DNA of 63,344 bases, the filler included, from Dirinaria sp. TL-2023a (lineage: Eukaryota), in the NCBI GenBank assembly GCA_051941275.1. It is 5 parts of 5 records of this genome, joined end to end, with 100 filler letters (N's around TTAATTAATTAA, not from the genome) between each part and the next. Parts side by side here need not be neighbours in the genome. Positions count along the whole stretch, not along the records: positions 1 to 12,628 come from JAVEBF010000752.1; positions 12,729 to 25,355 come from JAVEBF010000753.1; 3 more parts are not named here. One strand, 5' to 3'. Shown in pieces: positions 1 through 13,152 of this stretch. The position numbers and the translations under genes were made by a program. Each line of letters starts with the position of its first letter. The first letter of the stretch is position 1. The notes beneath the pieces are model-generated. The model saw only the letters and a program-made list of their open reading frames with translations, made no database searches and had not been told where the DNA came from.

Positions 1-979
1 GTCCTTAACGGCGGCCTTCGCTAAAAGCCGAAAAATCAGTCGACCTTCTATTGCGAAGCTCCGAAATAATCGCTTCTCAAAGACGGCTGCGAAGATCTGC
101 CTCTTCGCCTCCCTCTTCGCGGAGCTTCAGACCCAATCGTTGCCGAAGAACTGCAAGACTCGAGGTTCAGAGTCGTATTATTGCAGGGTCGGGGAATCTG
201 CCTCGCCTTCCTCGATTGAAAAGACCTCCAGACCTCGCGTAAAGCTGGGAGATCCTTCGATTGTGAAACTCAAAGCATTTCCGATAAGTAAGACACAGCA
301 GAGCCGATAGAGCTCCTTCTTTCTCTTGCGCGGTATTTTAGCTGAAATGAACCCGGGAGATTCATACGATCTTCTCTCTGTGTGTGGGACATCTGCGAGC
401 ATTAACTTTTGTGTGTAGAAAATCTGCGAGTCCTTCTGTTGCGGGGCATTCTCGCTGAGCTGGATTTGAGAGAGATTCTTCTGGTCTCCTGTTTGTTGCG
501 TAGAATGTTTAATTGAGCGTCGTGGCTAGGATTTTCGACTCCGACAGTTAGTATTATAAGCATGAGGAGTATTCAAGTATCAATACGTGAAATCGGTAAT
601 TTTTCGTATCTTGCCAGCGCATGCGATGAATACCTTCACTTGCAAGTCACAATACAGTAGTTCACTCTTGCTGAGCCTCGGAAGATCGGCCTGATGAGGA
701 GTGTTACTGCAACAATTCCCATGAAAGATTTCTTCTTGGTTAGCGCCTATATAAACTCATCAATTTAACGATGTTGACTAGGACCAGGTACACGAAGTGA
801 CATCGAGACTCTCGAGAACAAGCGTTGAATGAGAACAAGCGCTACGCAAAACAAGACATTTACCCCACAGAATTAACCTCACTAATAGTGCAATGATCGA
901 TGACGCCATACTCTTAGATACGACAGCCTCGAAAATACCTTAATGTTGAACGACTACCTTTGGGGTAGAATACCTTCAG

Positions 980-2379
980 TCACACCTCTCCGACCTTGTG
1001 CAAAGACGCTGCCATGTTTCCGGGCTGATCTCCTTCGTGGTGATGAACATCAACATCCATAGTCTTCCGTATGCGGTTGGACGGCAGAATGCGCTCAGCG
1101 CTTTCCTCTCTGACGAGATCGATCGTATCGGTCGGGTATTGCTCTCTCGGCGGGCCTCTCTTTCTTCGACTGCCCGAGTCTCCGGACACGGAGCCCAATT
1201 TGTAGCTGCTCCGTCTTTGCCCACCAAAGCGCCTTGGTGTGATGACTGGGTGACCCGCCAGGACTTGGAAGATCGGTCGTAGGGTGGGCAGATCGGCTGC
1301 TATGATGATGAAACTCGATTCAATGCTGTATGGGCATCAGTCAAGATTGCTGAAGGGGGCAAACTAGCAGGCGGTTACGCACGATGTCCAAATGAGTAAA
1401 TCAACGGTAGAATCTGGGGCCTCTTAGAGCTGTATTAATCACATTACCGGGTGAGAAGAGACATACACGTATAGTCTGAGTGGTTGTAGAGGCCCGGAAG
1501 TCTAGTGCATTTGTAGATGGCCAAGACCGCGGCACTAAATGAGGACGTGAGCGATTGTGAGACTGACTGTATACTCGGCAATACTTACACGAGCCCAAGA
1601 CCCAATACTGCGGTTAAACCGATCTTCTTCTTCTTGCTGATGTTCAGCTTGTACAAGACAGTACAAGGGTAAGCTGCGAGATAGGCATCCGTAGAAGCCG
1701 AGAAAGCTGATATGGATCAGTGTGATTTACAAAGGTCGTCACGTGTCGCCTTACCGCCCACAAAAATGGAAAAGTTGATCTGAATCGAGGGAGCCCAGCA
1801 CTTGGCTTTAATAGTTGGTGTCCATAGGCTCTGTGGTGGATCGCACTGCCGCCATAGAAATACTGCACACAGCGCCGACCCAATTATACAACTGATGGTA
1901 ATAAAGTACATAAAAATTCTTTGAGTTTTACTTGGATTCAAGAGCCTCATCAAGAGTATAGCGACGCCGAGCTTTGGAAGTGAGAAGGCCATGATTCCCG
2001 GGATAAATGCAATAGTGTTCCATCGTAATGCGTCTGATATCTGCTGCGGTTGAAGATAGTAAGTATGTCTTCCGTTTCCTGCATTGACAGCAACAACGAT
2101 GAGAATCGTATAGGCAAGATTGAAAAGCTGAAACACACGAGAGATTCGAGAACGTTAGCCAAAACCGTGCATGTGCAGAGCTATATAGGTAATTACCATG
2201 CCTAGTACAATCCAAAAGTCGTCCCATCCTGGATTACATGTCAACCTCAGACGTGTCAATAGTCGCAGAAAGACTGTGATCAGGGCAATCGACGTAAAGA
2301 CCCAAGTTACAATCTCCACCGTGGGTCCTAGGTTCTGGTCACCTCCTGCTGGACGGGGCAATGATAGTGGCTGAGACAT
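980..2379 (-). CDS. PTH11-like (rhodopsin-domain/SAT4-family) integral membrane protein, no CFEM domain, about 6 exons
   Basis: ORF pieces 2155..2379 (LRLLTRLRL...GWDDFWIVLG), 1717..2136 (SLPKLGVAILLMRL, QCDPPQSLW) and 980..1198 join through GT-AG introns. Hand-read exons give AFSASTDAYLAAYP...KKKIGLTAVLGLG, AAVLAIYK, DLLIWTS and IESSFIIIAADLPTLRP, all typical of the family. Confidence 0.85.
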
Positions 2380-4713
2380 GGTAGAATATGCTTAATGATT
2401 TCACATCCACGAGATGAGAGACTGCAGCAGGAATTTACGTATGAACAGATAAGCTCAAGCTCTCGACATGATAACGACACCTCCAAAGCAATTTATTAGT
2501 ACTGCATTGACAAGCTGAAACAACTGTGCCAGGGCTTTGCAGGCTCTCAGGCCCAGGATAGACATTAAGATTTCACATGGACGCGATGTCATTGAGCCGA
2601 GTTGCAATCCTTCTTCTCGTCAACTCTTTTCTTGGATTTGCGTCGGAAACGGCGTGGAGATCCCTGCTGAAATGCGCATGATCCATGGATAGTTAGCTAT
2701 GTAGCAGAACCATTTTGTGAGCGCGGGACAATCGACTATTCAGTACAGACAAGAATGCAAAGGATCGGACGCCTTAATATCATCGTGTGTACATCGTATT
2801 AGCTTTTTCTGTGGCACCGTCAACGAAAAAACCTCTCCACAATCGGAAAGTGACGGCACGGTTAGTCAATCACGCCATAGTCCATCAGCAACCGAGTCCT
2901 CCGCCACACCTCGCTCTCGTTAAATGCAACATCATGTATATGGATTGTACTGCCAAGTTGGGACCATACGTAGTAGGGTTACAGCCACATCATGTTGACT
3001 CAGGTATGGCGGCCGCCAGCTGGAAGCATCCCCACACTGAGTCCTAAGACCAGTTCTCAACGGGACAAAAACAACGAAAGCGTGAGGCACGGATCGGCGA
3101 GAGAATGGCAATCCTAAAGGGTATTCTCCTGCAATTGCTAGGCAACTGCGCCAATCGGAGTGAGCTTCTCCACGCAGCAGATGTTCATTATCTTGATGTC
3201 GATAATCCAGAATACAGGGGGCCACTATCACGTCTAATAGTCATTAGAACTGCCATCAAAGATCATGTGGAGTATCTGCATATTCATTAATTAAGTTCTG
3301 ATGCTTCACGTCATCGACACCCTGGCACCTATTTGATACGTACGCATTTATATAATACACAATATCAAGGCTGTAGCGTATCTTAGTATCTCATTGACTG
3401 TGCGGAATCTCCTGTCGTTGCAATCAGATGCTCGAAAGAATCCACATTGCCATTGGAATCACATATGCATGCATTTCCGTGAGACTGCACACTCTAAATG
3501 CGAGGAGCCCAAGTTGGCATGCAGAATGTAGTGTGATCAGAAAGTCTGGACACCAAGCCTAACCGAAAACCATCAAGCGTATTCGCATTTGCATGGCTTT
3601 TTTTCTTTCCGAATTAGCTTAAAGTACTTCTCTCACTGCTATGACAGCTTTTCTATGTCTTTGCCAACCGACTGTCGACTTTCCCTCAAGCTAGAATGAG
3701 CTATGTGGAAACATAATTACCTGGTTTACATGATAGGAAGACGCTCTTCTCAGGCACCTTCTTAACTTTCTCCGTGCTCTTTGTTGACGATGTAAGTTCA
3801 ATTCGCGATACATTGCTCTGTCAGGTCCAGGGGATGCCTAGATACCTTAGGTCTAGTGGTGTGGTGCGGGTGGTGTGCGAGCAAAGAGGGGGCGGCGTGA
3901 GATTAGCGTAAGGTGGTGCGGCTGGAGGTTCCCAAGATAAGGTAATTGGGTTGATGTTATTCGGTTAGGCTTGCTCCATCTCTGACGATTGGGAGCATGC
4001 AAATCTTCACCAAAACCGCCGGAGAGTTTAAGTCGGGTCGATCCAGCACTAAAGCTTCACTAATCGTCCTTCTTTCAAGCTTAAGGCTTGCTTCGACCTC
4101 CAAGCTGACAGTTTTGCCTGTAAGCTGAGATACATGATGCGAGTAGCCCATCCCAATACTGGTCGTGATTAGGCATGAGGGAAGGGAAAAACCTCCGATG
4201 ATCAGCTGGCAAAGATGTAACGGGAAGAATTCTCACATTGCATAATTTTCCCTGCATGCTGCGCTGCACTCTGTGGGTGTGGAGTCACTTTGATGGAAAC
4301 GTGATCCTGCAGATCACATTGTAAGCTTCCCAGAGAAGGCGAACCAGGCAACCGTCGGAATGATGCCTACTTCAGGCAACCGTCGATGCGGCCGTAATCG
4401 TATTCAGTGCCGTGCTTTATCTTGTGGTGATTGCTGGCCTATCAAGAGGCTTAGAAAATATGTCTACGCCGCGATTGCATCAAATAAAACGCGCACGTGT
4501 TGATCAATCATCCTGGATATCATCTGCATAGTGGAATGACTTTTCCATGCCACTTAGCCTTCTGACTCTCCTCGCCGAAAATTCCGAGGGTTGCTTTGCA
4601 CTTCCACTGGCTAGGCAACATGCAACGCTAGGAACGCCAAGAAACATCCACGTTATTGTGTTAAATATTTCTTCTGAACACATTTAGTTTCTCAACAAAC
4701 TTAGTTCTTCGCC

Positions 4714-6105
4714 ATGTCCTCAACTCCGTATGACATTTCGAACTTGGTGAAGACCATTAATGCCACAAGCAGCGAGGTAGGTAAAGACAATGGAGAGACA
4801 CGACGACAGTGCTTGGAAGCTGCGTACTCACTGTGCTATGCCTTGGAAACTCCCGTCGAGTCTATTCTCAGGAATGTCTGGGCTGAGGTAAGAAGATCCT
4901 TTCTTTCAAGAAAGTCGTCTTCGACTGACCACAGACTTTAAGCAAGGACATCATGCAGCAATACGCGTTGCAATCCGTCTAAAGCTGTTCGAGAAATTAG
5001 ATGAGAGGGATGGAGGTGTGAAGAGTTATGTCGAACTTGCGGAAATGACCGACTCAGACCCGATCCTTCTAGGTGAGTTGGCGCAGGCGTTTCTGACATA
5101 AGAGTCGTCTTCTGTGTTGTTTTCGCTGACGATCCCTGCAGGGCGTTTGTTGAAGCATTTAGCAGCCATGGGAACCATTTATGAGTCAGGGCCAAACGAA
5201 TACATTCCCACTCCTAAGTCAAAGGCGCTTAAGGAACCGATGTATCGAGATGCCTATCCAACATTGTCAGTACACGACACGCTTCGTCTCACTCTACCCC
5301 TTTCTTAAAAGCTTATGATAGAATTAGGTTCGATGTATGCGGCCCTTCTTTCTTGTCCTTGCCAGAATACCTTACCAGAACTCAATACAAGAACCCTGGC
5401 GACCCTAGCAATGGTGCATTCCAGTTTGGGCACGCTACAAAAGCTCACTTCTTCGAATGGGTGTCAGAGGACCCCGAACGCCTGACGTGGTTTCAGAATC
5501 ACATGGCTGGTTATCGTACCGGGCGTCCAAGTTGGATGGATCATGGCTTCTTCCCCGTCGAGGAGAATCTCGTCAAGGGCGCTAAGACGGAAGACGATGC
5601 CATATTCCTGGTAGATGTAGGCGGTGGAAAGGGTCATGACTTACAAGAGTTGCACCAAAAGCACCCCAATCTGCCAGGGAGGTTAATACTTCAAGATCTC
5701 AAAGATGTGATTCAAGAAGCAGAAGCATCTGGCCTTGATGAGAAAATTGTCGCTATGGGACACGACTTCTTCACTGAGCAGCCTGTCAAGGGTGCACGGG
5801 CATATTATATACACTCGTGCCTTCATGACTGGCCCGATGTCAAAGCGCGCGAGATTCTTAAGAGCCTAAAGCCTGGTTTGACCAGAGAGTATAGCAAGCT
5901 CTTGATCAATGAGAATGTTATACCAGATAAAGGCGCTGCTTGGTTGAGCACTGGATTGGATATGGTCATGATGGCAAACTTTTCGGCCGCTGAACGTACA
6001 GAGGAGAACTGGCGGGCACTTCTGGCATCGGCTGGCTTCAGAGTCATCCGGATTTGGACCTATGAACCCGGCACTGAGAGCTTGATCGAGGCAGAACTAG
6101 CTTGA
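4714..6105 (+). CDS. SAM-dependent O-methyltransferase (fungal secondary-metabolite, OmtA/COMT-like), 4 exons
   Basis: SAM motif LVDVGGGKGHDL, LILQDL, HDFF, and catalytic-region LHDWPD. The N-terminal LETPVES and dimerisation exons are linked by GT-AG introns (first donor at 4888). Confidence 0.92.
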
Positions 6106-6489
6106 TGACTGCATTGCCACGTACTTACGCACTGAAGAAGCTCAAGCTGGGCTGCTACCCAAATACTGCTGCCCGAAGATTGTGTAGCGAGAAGTGTGAT
6201 TTTCATAGGATATCTTATGAGCACTTCTGCAACCTACCTCTATAGGACCAAAGCACTAAAAGTCAAAATCGACAATGCTATGTCAGAATGGTCGCAAAAC
6301 GGTATTAGGACCCTTGTAGCGTCGTTTGAGTGATCTGAATATCCTCACCTTTTTCTAAACTCATGCCCCATGAACCATTTAGGCATACTGCTCCCTGATG
6401 TGGCACTTATGACGCGATTGGTCATGGCTTTCGTGGCCTGAGCGCCACCCAACACCGCGATCAGGCGCTATCTCTTTGGGGTTCAAATT

Positions 6490-6690
6490 TGTAAAACCGG
6501 GCAGATCGGAAACCGGGTAGACCGGGTAACTCACCACCACTAAGAAAATGCCAAGTATATGTAGTTTGACGAAAACGATCAGACTCTTTTAGACGACAGT
6601 TCTCGAAAACGATAATTCTCGAACAATAAACAGTTCTCGACTAAAATAAATCGATTGATTTCGAGTAATTGTTGAATTTGGTCGCTCCAA
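6490..6690. mobile_element. Possible decayed DNA-transposon end
   Basis: Three short ACCGGG direct repeats at 6494-6528, followed by AT-rich sequence full of stop codons. No transposase or matching second end is visible. Confidence 0.25.
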
Positions 6691-7199
6691 ATGGGGGTTC
6701 TCATCACGTCTATTATTGATTCTTCTATGTGTATAGGTTGGTTATTTACATGGCAATCTTTATGTGCGAAGGTCTATATCTCGATTGGGCCTAGCGCCCT
6801 CTCTGCCGAGTATGCTCTATGCCGCTCATTTTCCAACAGTAATCATAATTTTGAGTATATAGTGTTCACAAATGCTCTTTTCTTTTAAATGTTAAACAAT
6901 TGATCACACGTTGGAGATTATCGCTCCATGCACCTTACCTTTTTAGTATTAGTCAGGTAAGTGGTCAGATACCACTTATATGCGACCCGGTTATAGGGGT
7001 CAAAGTTATTATAGGTATGTAGGGGGTCAAGGAGGCCCAGGAAAACATTATGGCGTTCAATGATTTCCAACATCACACACATACAAATACACATACATAG
7101 ATTTGTTCACCTCATAAACACCTCCTAAATCTGACACAGATGTTTAGGACTTTAGGGGAAGTTGTTGAGAAACAGATGTTGCATAATCGAGGTGTGTTA

Positions 7200-8650
7200 T
7201 TATTTTCGGAGAACTTTTGTTTTGTTGGGTTTGTTTTCAAATTATCGGGACAGATATAATGTGCTTGTTTATTGAAACAAGCAAGTGGCTTCTGTTTCGC
7301 AACTGTTTATATACGTTAGTGGACGTTGTAGCTCGAGAATCATCGCTGCTGCAAAAGTGATTGGTGTACTCCTGAGTTGTAGATACTACATTAAAACCAG
7401 AGGTAGCTGAGTATCCATCTCTAAGCTGAGCATAGGGTATTTTTATGAAAAGCAGCACATAAACATTGATGAAGCAGCTCGATAAAGATGATAAGATGCT
7501 AGAGCTTTGAAAATACAACCTTCATACAATGATGTTGTGTCCAGCTTTCAGCTTGAACACACTTCGGGCGACGAGATGCATGCATACCCGACCACATAAG
7601 AGAGACAAAAGTCGAGCTACGAACATCATTAGACGATTTCCAATTTTTCTGCGAATGAGTCTTGAAGAGAAGAATGAAGAAAGATAGAAAAAGAAGAAAC
7701 AGGGAAAAGAAGGACAAGCTATTTCCTCCGGGTGATTATCGATAGATATACATCGAGTAGCATTAGCGTGTATATACGTAGGTGTACTAAAATGAATGTG
7801 CATAGGCAGAGCCAGCTCATGTGACACCTTCACCGTAAATACCGTAGGTAGAAGCCTCGTCGTTCGCTACAGCAATGGGGCCTATTAGCGATGAGAGAGT
7901 TGTCAGTGCGTGTTTGATCTCTATGTCAAGTTTTTCACTTTCGAATGCCATGAGAACATCGAGGGTAAAGTAAGAGCGGGCCATCGAAGGAGAGGATGAG
8001 GAGAGGAAAAAGGAGAGTTTGGCGTGGCGGTCATGCTCTTTGTATTCAGGCGGAGACCAGGAGCAGCTTCTGAGTCTTTCAGAAGCTCTCTGGGTTCTAA
8101 AATTAGCCATGCAGACCTTTAAACGGAGACTGCCCTTATCTAATAGCTCAACTGGTGATTTGACATCCTGAGAAAAGACTTGTTTGGAGCCACATTGCTT
8201 ATTCTTCAAGACCTGATACTCATATGTTGATCCATACAGTGTGGTAATCTGGAAACTTATCTGCTATATCTTCTCCAAGATAGTGCAAGGCAGGAATGAC
8301 GTCTAGTTATGGGTCACGCTTGATTTGAGATATTACCATGGTTGAGACATTTCTGCAGAAAAGCGTGCCTTGCAGTATAGGCACTATTCATGGCAAAGTA
8401 GGTGAGATTCATCAATTCAGCATAAGTACCCGCGTCCTCAAACGAGGTGCTGGCAAATACGTCGAAGCGTGTGACGTTGAAGATTTTTGAGATCCCCGTA
8501 AGAAAATATCGTGAAGCTATGGTTGCTGTAGGAAAGGAGCCTAGCTTGAAAAGTGCCACGGGATTTCAAATTGAAATGTCATGAGGAGCTTTCTTTGATT
8601 TCCTTGATCGATCATTTGGGAGTTCTCTTTCTTTCCCTGTTCTCTATCAA
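7200..8650 (-). pseudogene. Decayed coding-like sequence of unknown family
   Basis: Broken ORFs 8314..8559 and 7817..8209 with in-frame stops and frame changes in an AT-richer tract. No recognisable domain. Confidence 0.3.
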
Positions 8651-8689
8651 AGAGCTAATAAGAACATCCAACCGTTGTATAAGAAGATA

Positions 8690-11600
8690 TCATGAGATAA
8701 ACTCAATGGCAGTTTCTAAATGGTGATTCGTATCAGGTGCTTGCCGAGCTACAATATTCTGCCTGCCTTCACCACCTTTCTCAGGGAGTTCCCAGGATTC
8801 GAACTCATCGCCAAGTCCAGGGACCTCCCATTTCGACTCCCAGAATAGCTCCTTGGGCAATTTACTGGCTATTCTTATCTTTTCGCATGCCTCTTCATCA
8901 AGCCCATAGGTTCGCTGGACCAGCCATAATTTCGCCCATCTTAAAGTCGGAGGCGGTCCTTCGCCGCTGACGTCTAGCAGGATATCCAGTCTTGACGGTG
9001 AGTTCCACCAATCCGAGTCGGGCTGCCGCAACATGTCGTCCAAATGGATCAACAGTTCGTCTTCTTCTTTTCGGAATTCATCGACATTGTCCTCTGATAA
9101 TTTTTCGATTTCATACCCAGGAGACTCCGGTTTTATTGTGCAGCACGTGTGTTTCAAGTCCAGCTTGCTGAATGCGACGAACCTTTCAACCTCTTCCTTG
9201 ATCTTGTTTACCGGTATACCCTTGCCGGCTAGGACGTTGTACCAGTTGTACAAGATTGCTGAGACCTCGTAAAGTCGTAAGGAGTCTTGCAGGTAGAAAT
9301 CGCGCTGCCTGCTGGAAATGCCTGCCAACAATTTTGTTGTCGGGGTACATCCGTGGTGAGAGCAACCACAATGACAGCTATCCTGGCACTCAGGGGCGGC
9401 TTTTTGTAAAAAGTACAATAGCAATGGACTTAAAAGTCTCGGATACAGAGCGTCCATCTCTTCTAACACAGGATCAACCCATTGTGCTTTGACCAACTTA
9501 CCTGCAAAGCGCGATGTCAGGCTCTCCAGCTCATGTATCTCTATGCACTGTAGTTCGCTGGTGCCAAAAAATGCTGCGATATGTAGTATACTAATATCGT
9601 GGTCTCGACATTCTAGCAACGGGCTTGTGAGTTGAAGAAAATACCACTCTGCAAGGTCAAGCCGTTCTCTGATCTGTTGAAAATTGATTCTGCTGGCTTC
9701 CCTTTCTTTCAGCCAGGCTAGTTTCATGAGCGGCGTCATGCCATGTTGATCGTATTCGTTGAGGCCTCTAAACCCCACGTTGTAAAGACATATGGCAAGA
9801 TTTTTGGATCTCACTTCATGGTATACAGACACATCGCGGGTTTCTAGAGAAGGAGGAACTCTTATACCAGCCTTTTCTAGCTCAATCCAAGTATGAGATG
9901 CGCGTGTATCGTCAATGGCTGTTCCTAGTTGCTTAAGTTTGTCCAGAACCTTCGGTGCTAAAGATTTTGTAGCAAGCACGGCCAGATCCTCACGCCGGCG
10001 TTTCACGTGTTTTATTAAGCAAACTATGTTTGGTGCGAGAGGCCATTGGCTTGCACCCGCATATCCATGTGTCGCATCAAACCGTAAAGCAAGATCCAAA
10101 GTAGACTTCAGGCCGTATTTTTTGTCACGTGATGTAAGTGGGCTGCCAGCTTTGAGTAGTATCGAAGCAGCATTTGCACCATCTTGCATTGAAATGGTAT
10201 AATCTAGTGGTGACAAGTTGATCGAGTCCAGTTGGTCACAAGAAAACTCATTTTCTAGAAGAAGTTCTACTCCCCGCGCCCAATCACCACAAAGGTGAAG
10301 AGGAGTTTGACCAGCGACGTTTGACTCGTTGAGCACATCATGATTCCGGAGTTGGTATCGAACGAGGGTTTCCGATTTTTGAAGTACAGCCATGCTAAGA
10401 GGCCCACACCCCATAGTGTCTGAGATCAATTAAGCAAGATAAATTTAAAACAAAAGAAGTTGCTTCCTCACCTTCGGCGAATTCTTCACTCATTCTTAAA
10501 TTCTGAATCATGTTTCTTGCATATAACATTAGCCCATCAGGATTGGTGGGAGGTTTAACGTGCTCTGATGCCTTTGCTATGACCGTGGCACCAGACTCCA
10601 CTAGGGCCTTTCTTGCGGCCTCAAGTTCACCCTCGTCATAAACGTCTAGCGGCGAATATTTATCATCACCGAGACTGTATTGGAAGTACATGCCTAGCGG
10701 AGATCTAGTTTCATTAGCGATTACTCGTAAAAATTACCACGTAATTCTTTTACATACTGTCCAGAGAAGTCAACCGAATCGACATTTGTGCCCTCGTGCT
10801 TGAGAAACTTTATCAATTCCACAGCATGTGCGGGATCCCAATAAGCTTCAAACGCATGACGAACGACGATCTTTAAAAGTCAGTTGCTGTGCGAGACCAT
10901 GGGGATAATGTGGCCCACATGAACCAAACTTAGTCCATCCACGTCGATGTTAGATGGGTGTGCTTTGTGCTGTCTAAAAAGCTGCCATAATTCTTGTTTC
11001 ACTTCTTCTATACTTTCCTCATTAACAAGCGACCTCTCCAAGAGGCCAATTGCAGGGTTTTCGCTGGTCGCCACCGATATGATGTTTAGATCGGGGTTTA
11101 AAGAACAGCCACCAGCACCAGAGGACTTAAAAAAGCTGATGCGTACTGCTCGCCTGAGCAAGTACCACTGGAATGAAACTTGAAAGTTCCTATCAGGTGA
11201 TGCCCATATGCAGTCTTTCCGATGTCGGACCTTTACGGCAGTACCCTTACCTAGAAATCCATATGGCGAGCGCCATGTATTAATGAGTCTCTTTTGGCAT
11301 GAGCAGTGGAGAGCTGGCAGGCGTCTGCTGGTGGTGGGTGCTGCAATTTCATCTGGTCGCGAGTTTGTCGAGGGTACTCGGCTGACTGAGCTACTATTTT
11401 CACCGTCCTTGTCAGTCACAACTAAGCCTTGTTGACAAGCACTATCTAGTTCTTGGGCAAGCGCTGCAGGCTTCATCATCAGTTCTTGAAAGTGCACCAC
11501 CTTGACCTGCAGAAATTTAGCCGTGGTAATATAGCGTTTCGATATGTTACCATCAAGTCCCGCATCTCCTGCAGGATTTTTCCCATGTTTTCCATGCTAT

Positions 11601-12208
11601 TCCAATTTCTCGAGACATGATCTCCCGTTTCTACAGATCTATTACGAATTTGTAACGCACTTTCTTGAATCTGAGGTAGTTCTTGAGCGACAGAATTGAT
11701 TGCATGCTGCGCAGTTGCAATGTCGACGGTACGGGAACTATTTTGTAACCTAGGCTTACGTTAACTATTATCCCTCTAGCTTGGGTCTCATGGCAGAGAC
11801 GAACTGATTTTGGATCTGCAAAAACAACATCAGGGTACTCTTGTATCCTTCAATGTTCCTCATTAAGCCCTCAAATTCCCTCATTCCCAATTGCCCCTTG
11901 ATAGTACCCCATGCTTTTGTAAAGTTCTTACTATTAAATTTGGGAGCCAGAACCTGAAGCCGTTCGTCGAGCGCCCGAAGATCTGTCGTGCAATTTTGTA
12001 GAATATCTTGTAGAATAGGTTCATGGGTGGAATTCAGGACGTCGTTGGCCCGAATGATCTCGAGAATCAATTCTAGCTGCTTGGCTTGGGTATGAAAGCC
12101 GTGCACGACTCGAGGAACATCTTTGCGTTTGGACAACAGGTTGAGAGCCCCGACAGTGGAATTCAATAGTGTTATCGCTGAAACTAACAAACTGATAGGC
12201 TCCGCCAT
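8690..12208 (-). CDS. Protein with N-terminal HeLo-like/SesA-type domain, ankyrin repeats and a C-terminal Cys/His motif, about 6 exons, roughly 1000+ aa
   Basis: Exon 1 (MAEPISLLVSAITLL...LQNCTTDLRALDERL...AWGTIKG...IEGYKSTL) resembles fungal STAND N-terminal HeLo-like domains. Ankyrin-like GQTPLHL, LSPLDY and GMTPLM occur later, and the C-terminus has CHCGCSHHGCTP...HTCC. ORFs 11768..12208, 10880..11500, 10395..10691 and 8690..10429 splice in frame through GT-AG introns. Confidence 0.75.
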
Positions 12209-12628
12209 GTGCGAGACGCTAGGCAGATACCGGAAGCTTCGCTACGTGAGTGGACAAAAGCAGTGTATGAACGTCGAACTGGAAGCCTGGAAACTCGACA
12301 CTGTTTTGGACTTGAGCACAGAGGGGGTTTTGTAGCGGTCGGAGTACTGATTTGAAGGGTAAACTTATCACGCAAGGCGTTGGAGGTCTTCAAACAATGT
12401 ACATTATATTAGGCAGCCAGCTTCAGCCTTGTAAATGTACCTTTCCTGGCGCTAGAGATCAGCATCAGACTAAAAACGCTAAACTGGAAATGATCAACTT
12501 TACCACCCGACTGAAACAAGCATCTGCAAGCTGAACCAATTGCGAGCAGGTCGAGCCCAGGGGCCCCTCTCCTCGTTTTAACAAGCTCGGTCTCCAGATC
12601 TGCCCGTAAAGGGGATGGGGGGGGACTC

Positions 12629-12728
12629 NNNNNNNNNNNNNNNNNNNNNNNNNNNNNNNNNNNNNNNNNNNNTTAATTAATTAANNNNNNNNNNNNNNNN
12701 NNNNNNNNNNNNNNNNNNNNNNNNNNNN
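12629..12728. other. Artificial contig spacer
   Basis: N44-TTAATTAATTAA-N44; the linker has stops in all six frames. Confidence 0.97.
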
Positions 12729-13107
12729 AAAAAAAAAAAAAAAAAAAAAAAAGTGATGAATACGAAATGATTTCGTAATCTCATACCTGCCGTGTTTTTC
12801 TTTTTCTTGATTCGGGATTCGGGATTCGGGATCGGAATACGGATGAATAGGAGAGAAGAGGGAGAGGGAAAGGAAAGAAATGAAAAGAAAAGAAAAACGA
12901 AAAGAAAAGAGAACGTAAGGAGATGACTGGGTCGGTGAGAGTTTCAAAAATCCTTACTTTGACTTTTTGCCTGCCATACCCAACCTAGTTACGCCTATCC
13001 TACTTATCATCTAAAATACGCGTATGCGCACAGACACACGCATTATATCCGTAAAACGAGGAATTTAGGTCATGCGCCATGCCGTACTGTACGGGCGAGG
13101 AGGGAAG

Positions 13108-13130
13108 GTAGATAGATAGATAGATAGATG
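13108..13130. repeat. (GATA)n microsatellite
   Basis: gtagatagatagatagatagatg immediately downstream of the 13153..14918 gene. Confidence 0.8.
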
Positions 13131-13152
13131 AATCATAGTTAATTGTTGGCAG

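Noticed and set aside
1..600. Near-open minus-strand frame at the window start
   Set aside because: Interrupted by stops and not assignable to any family; at most a decayed fragment.
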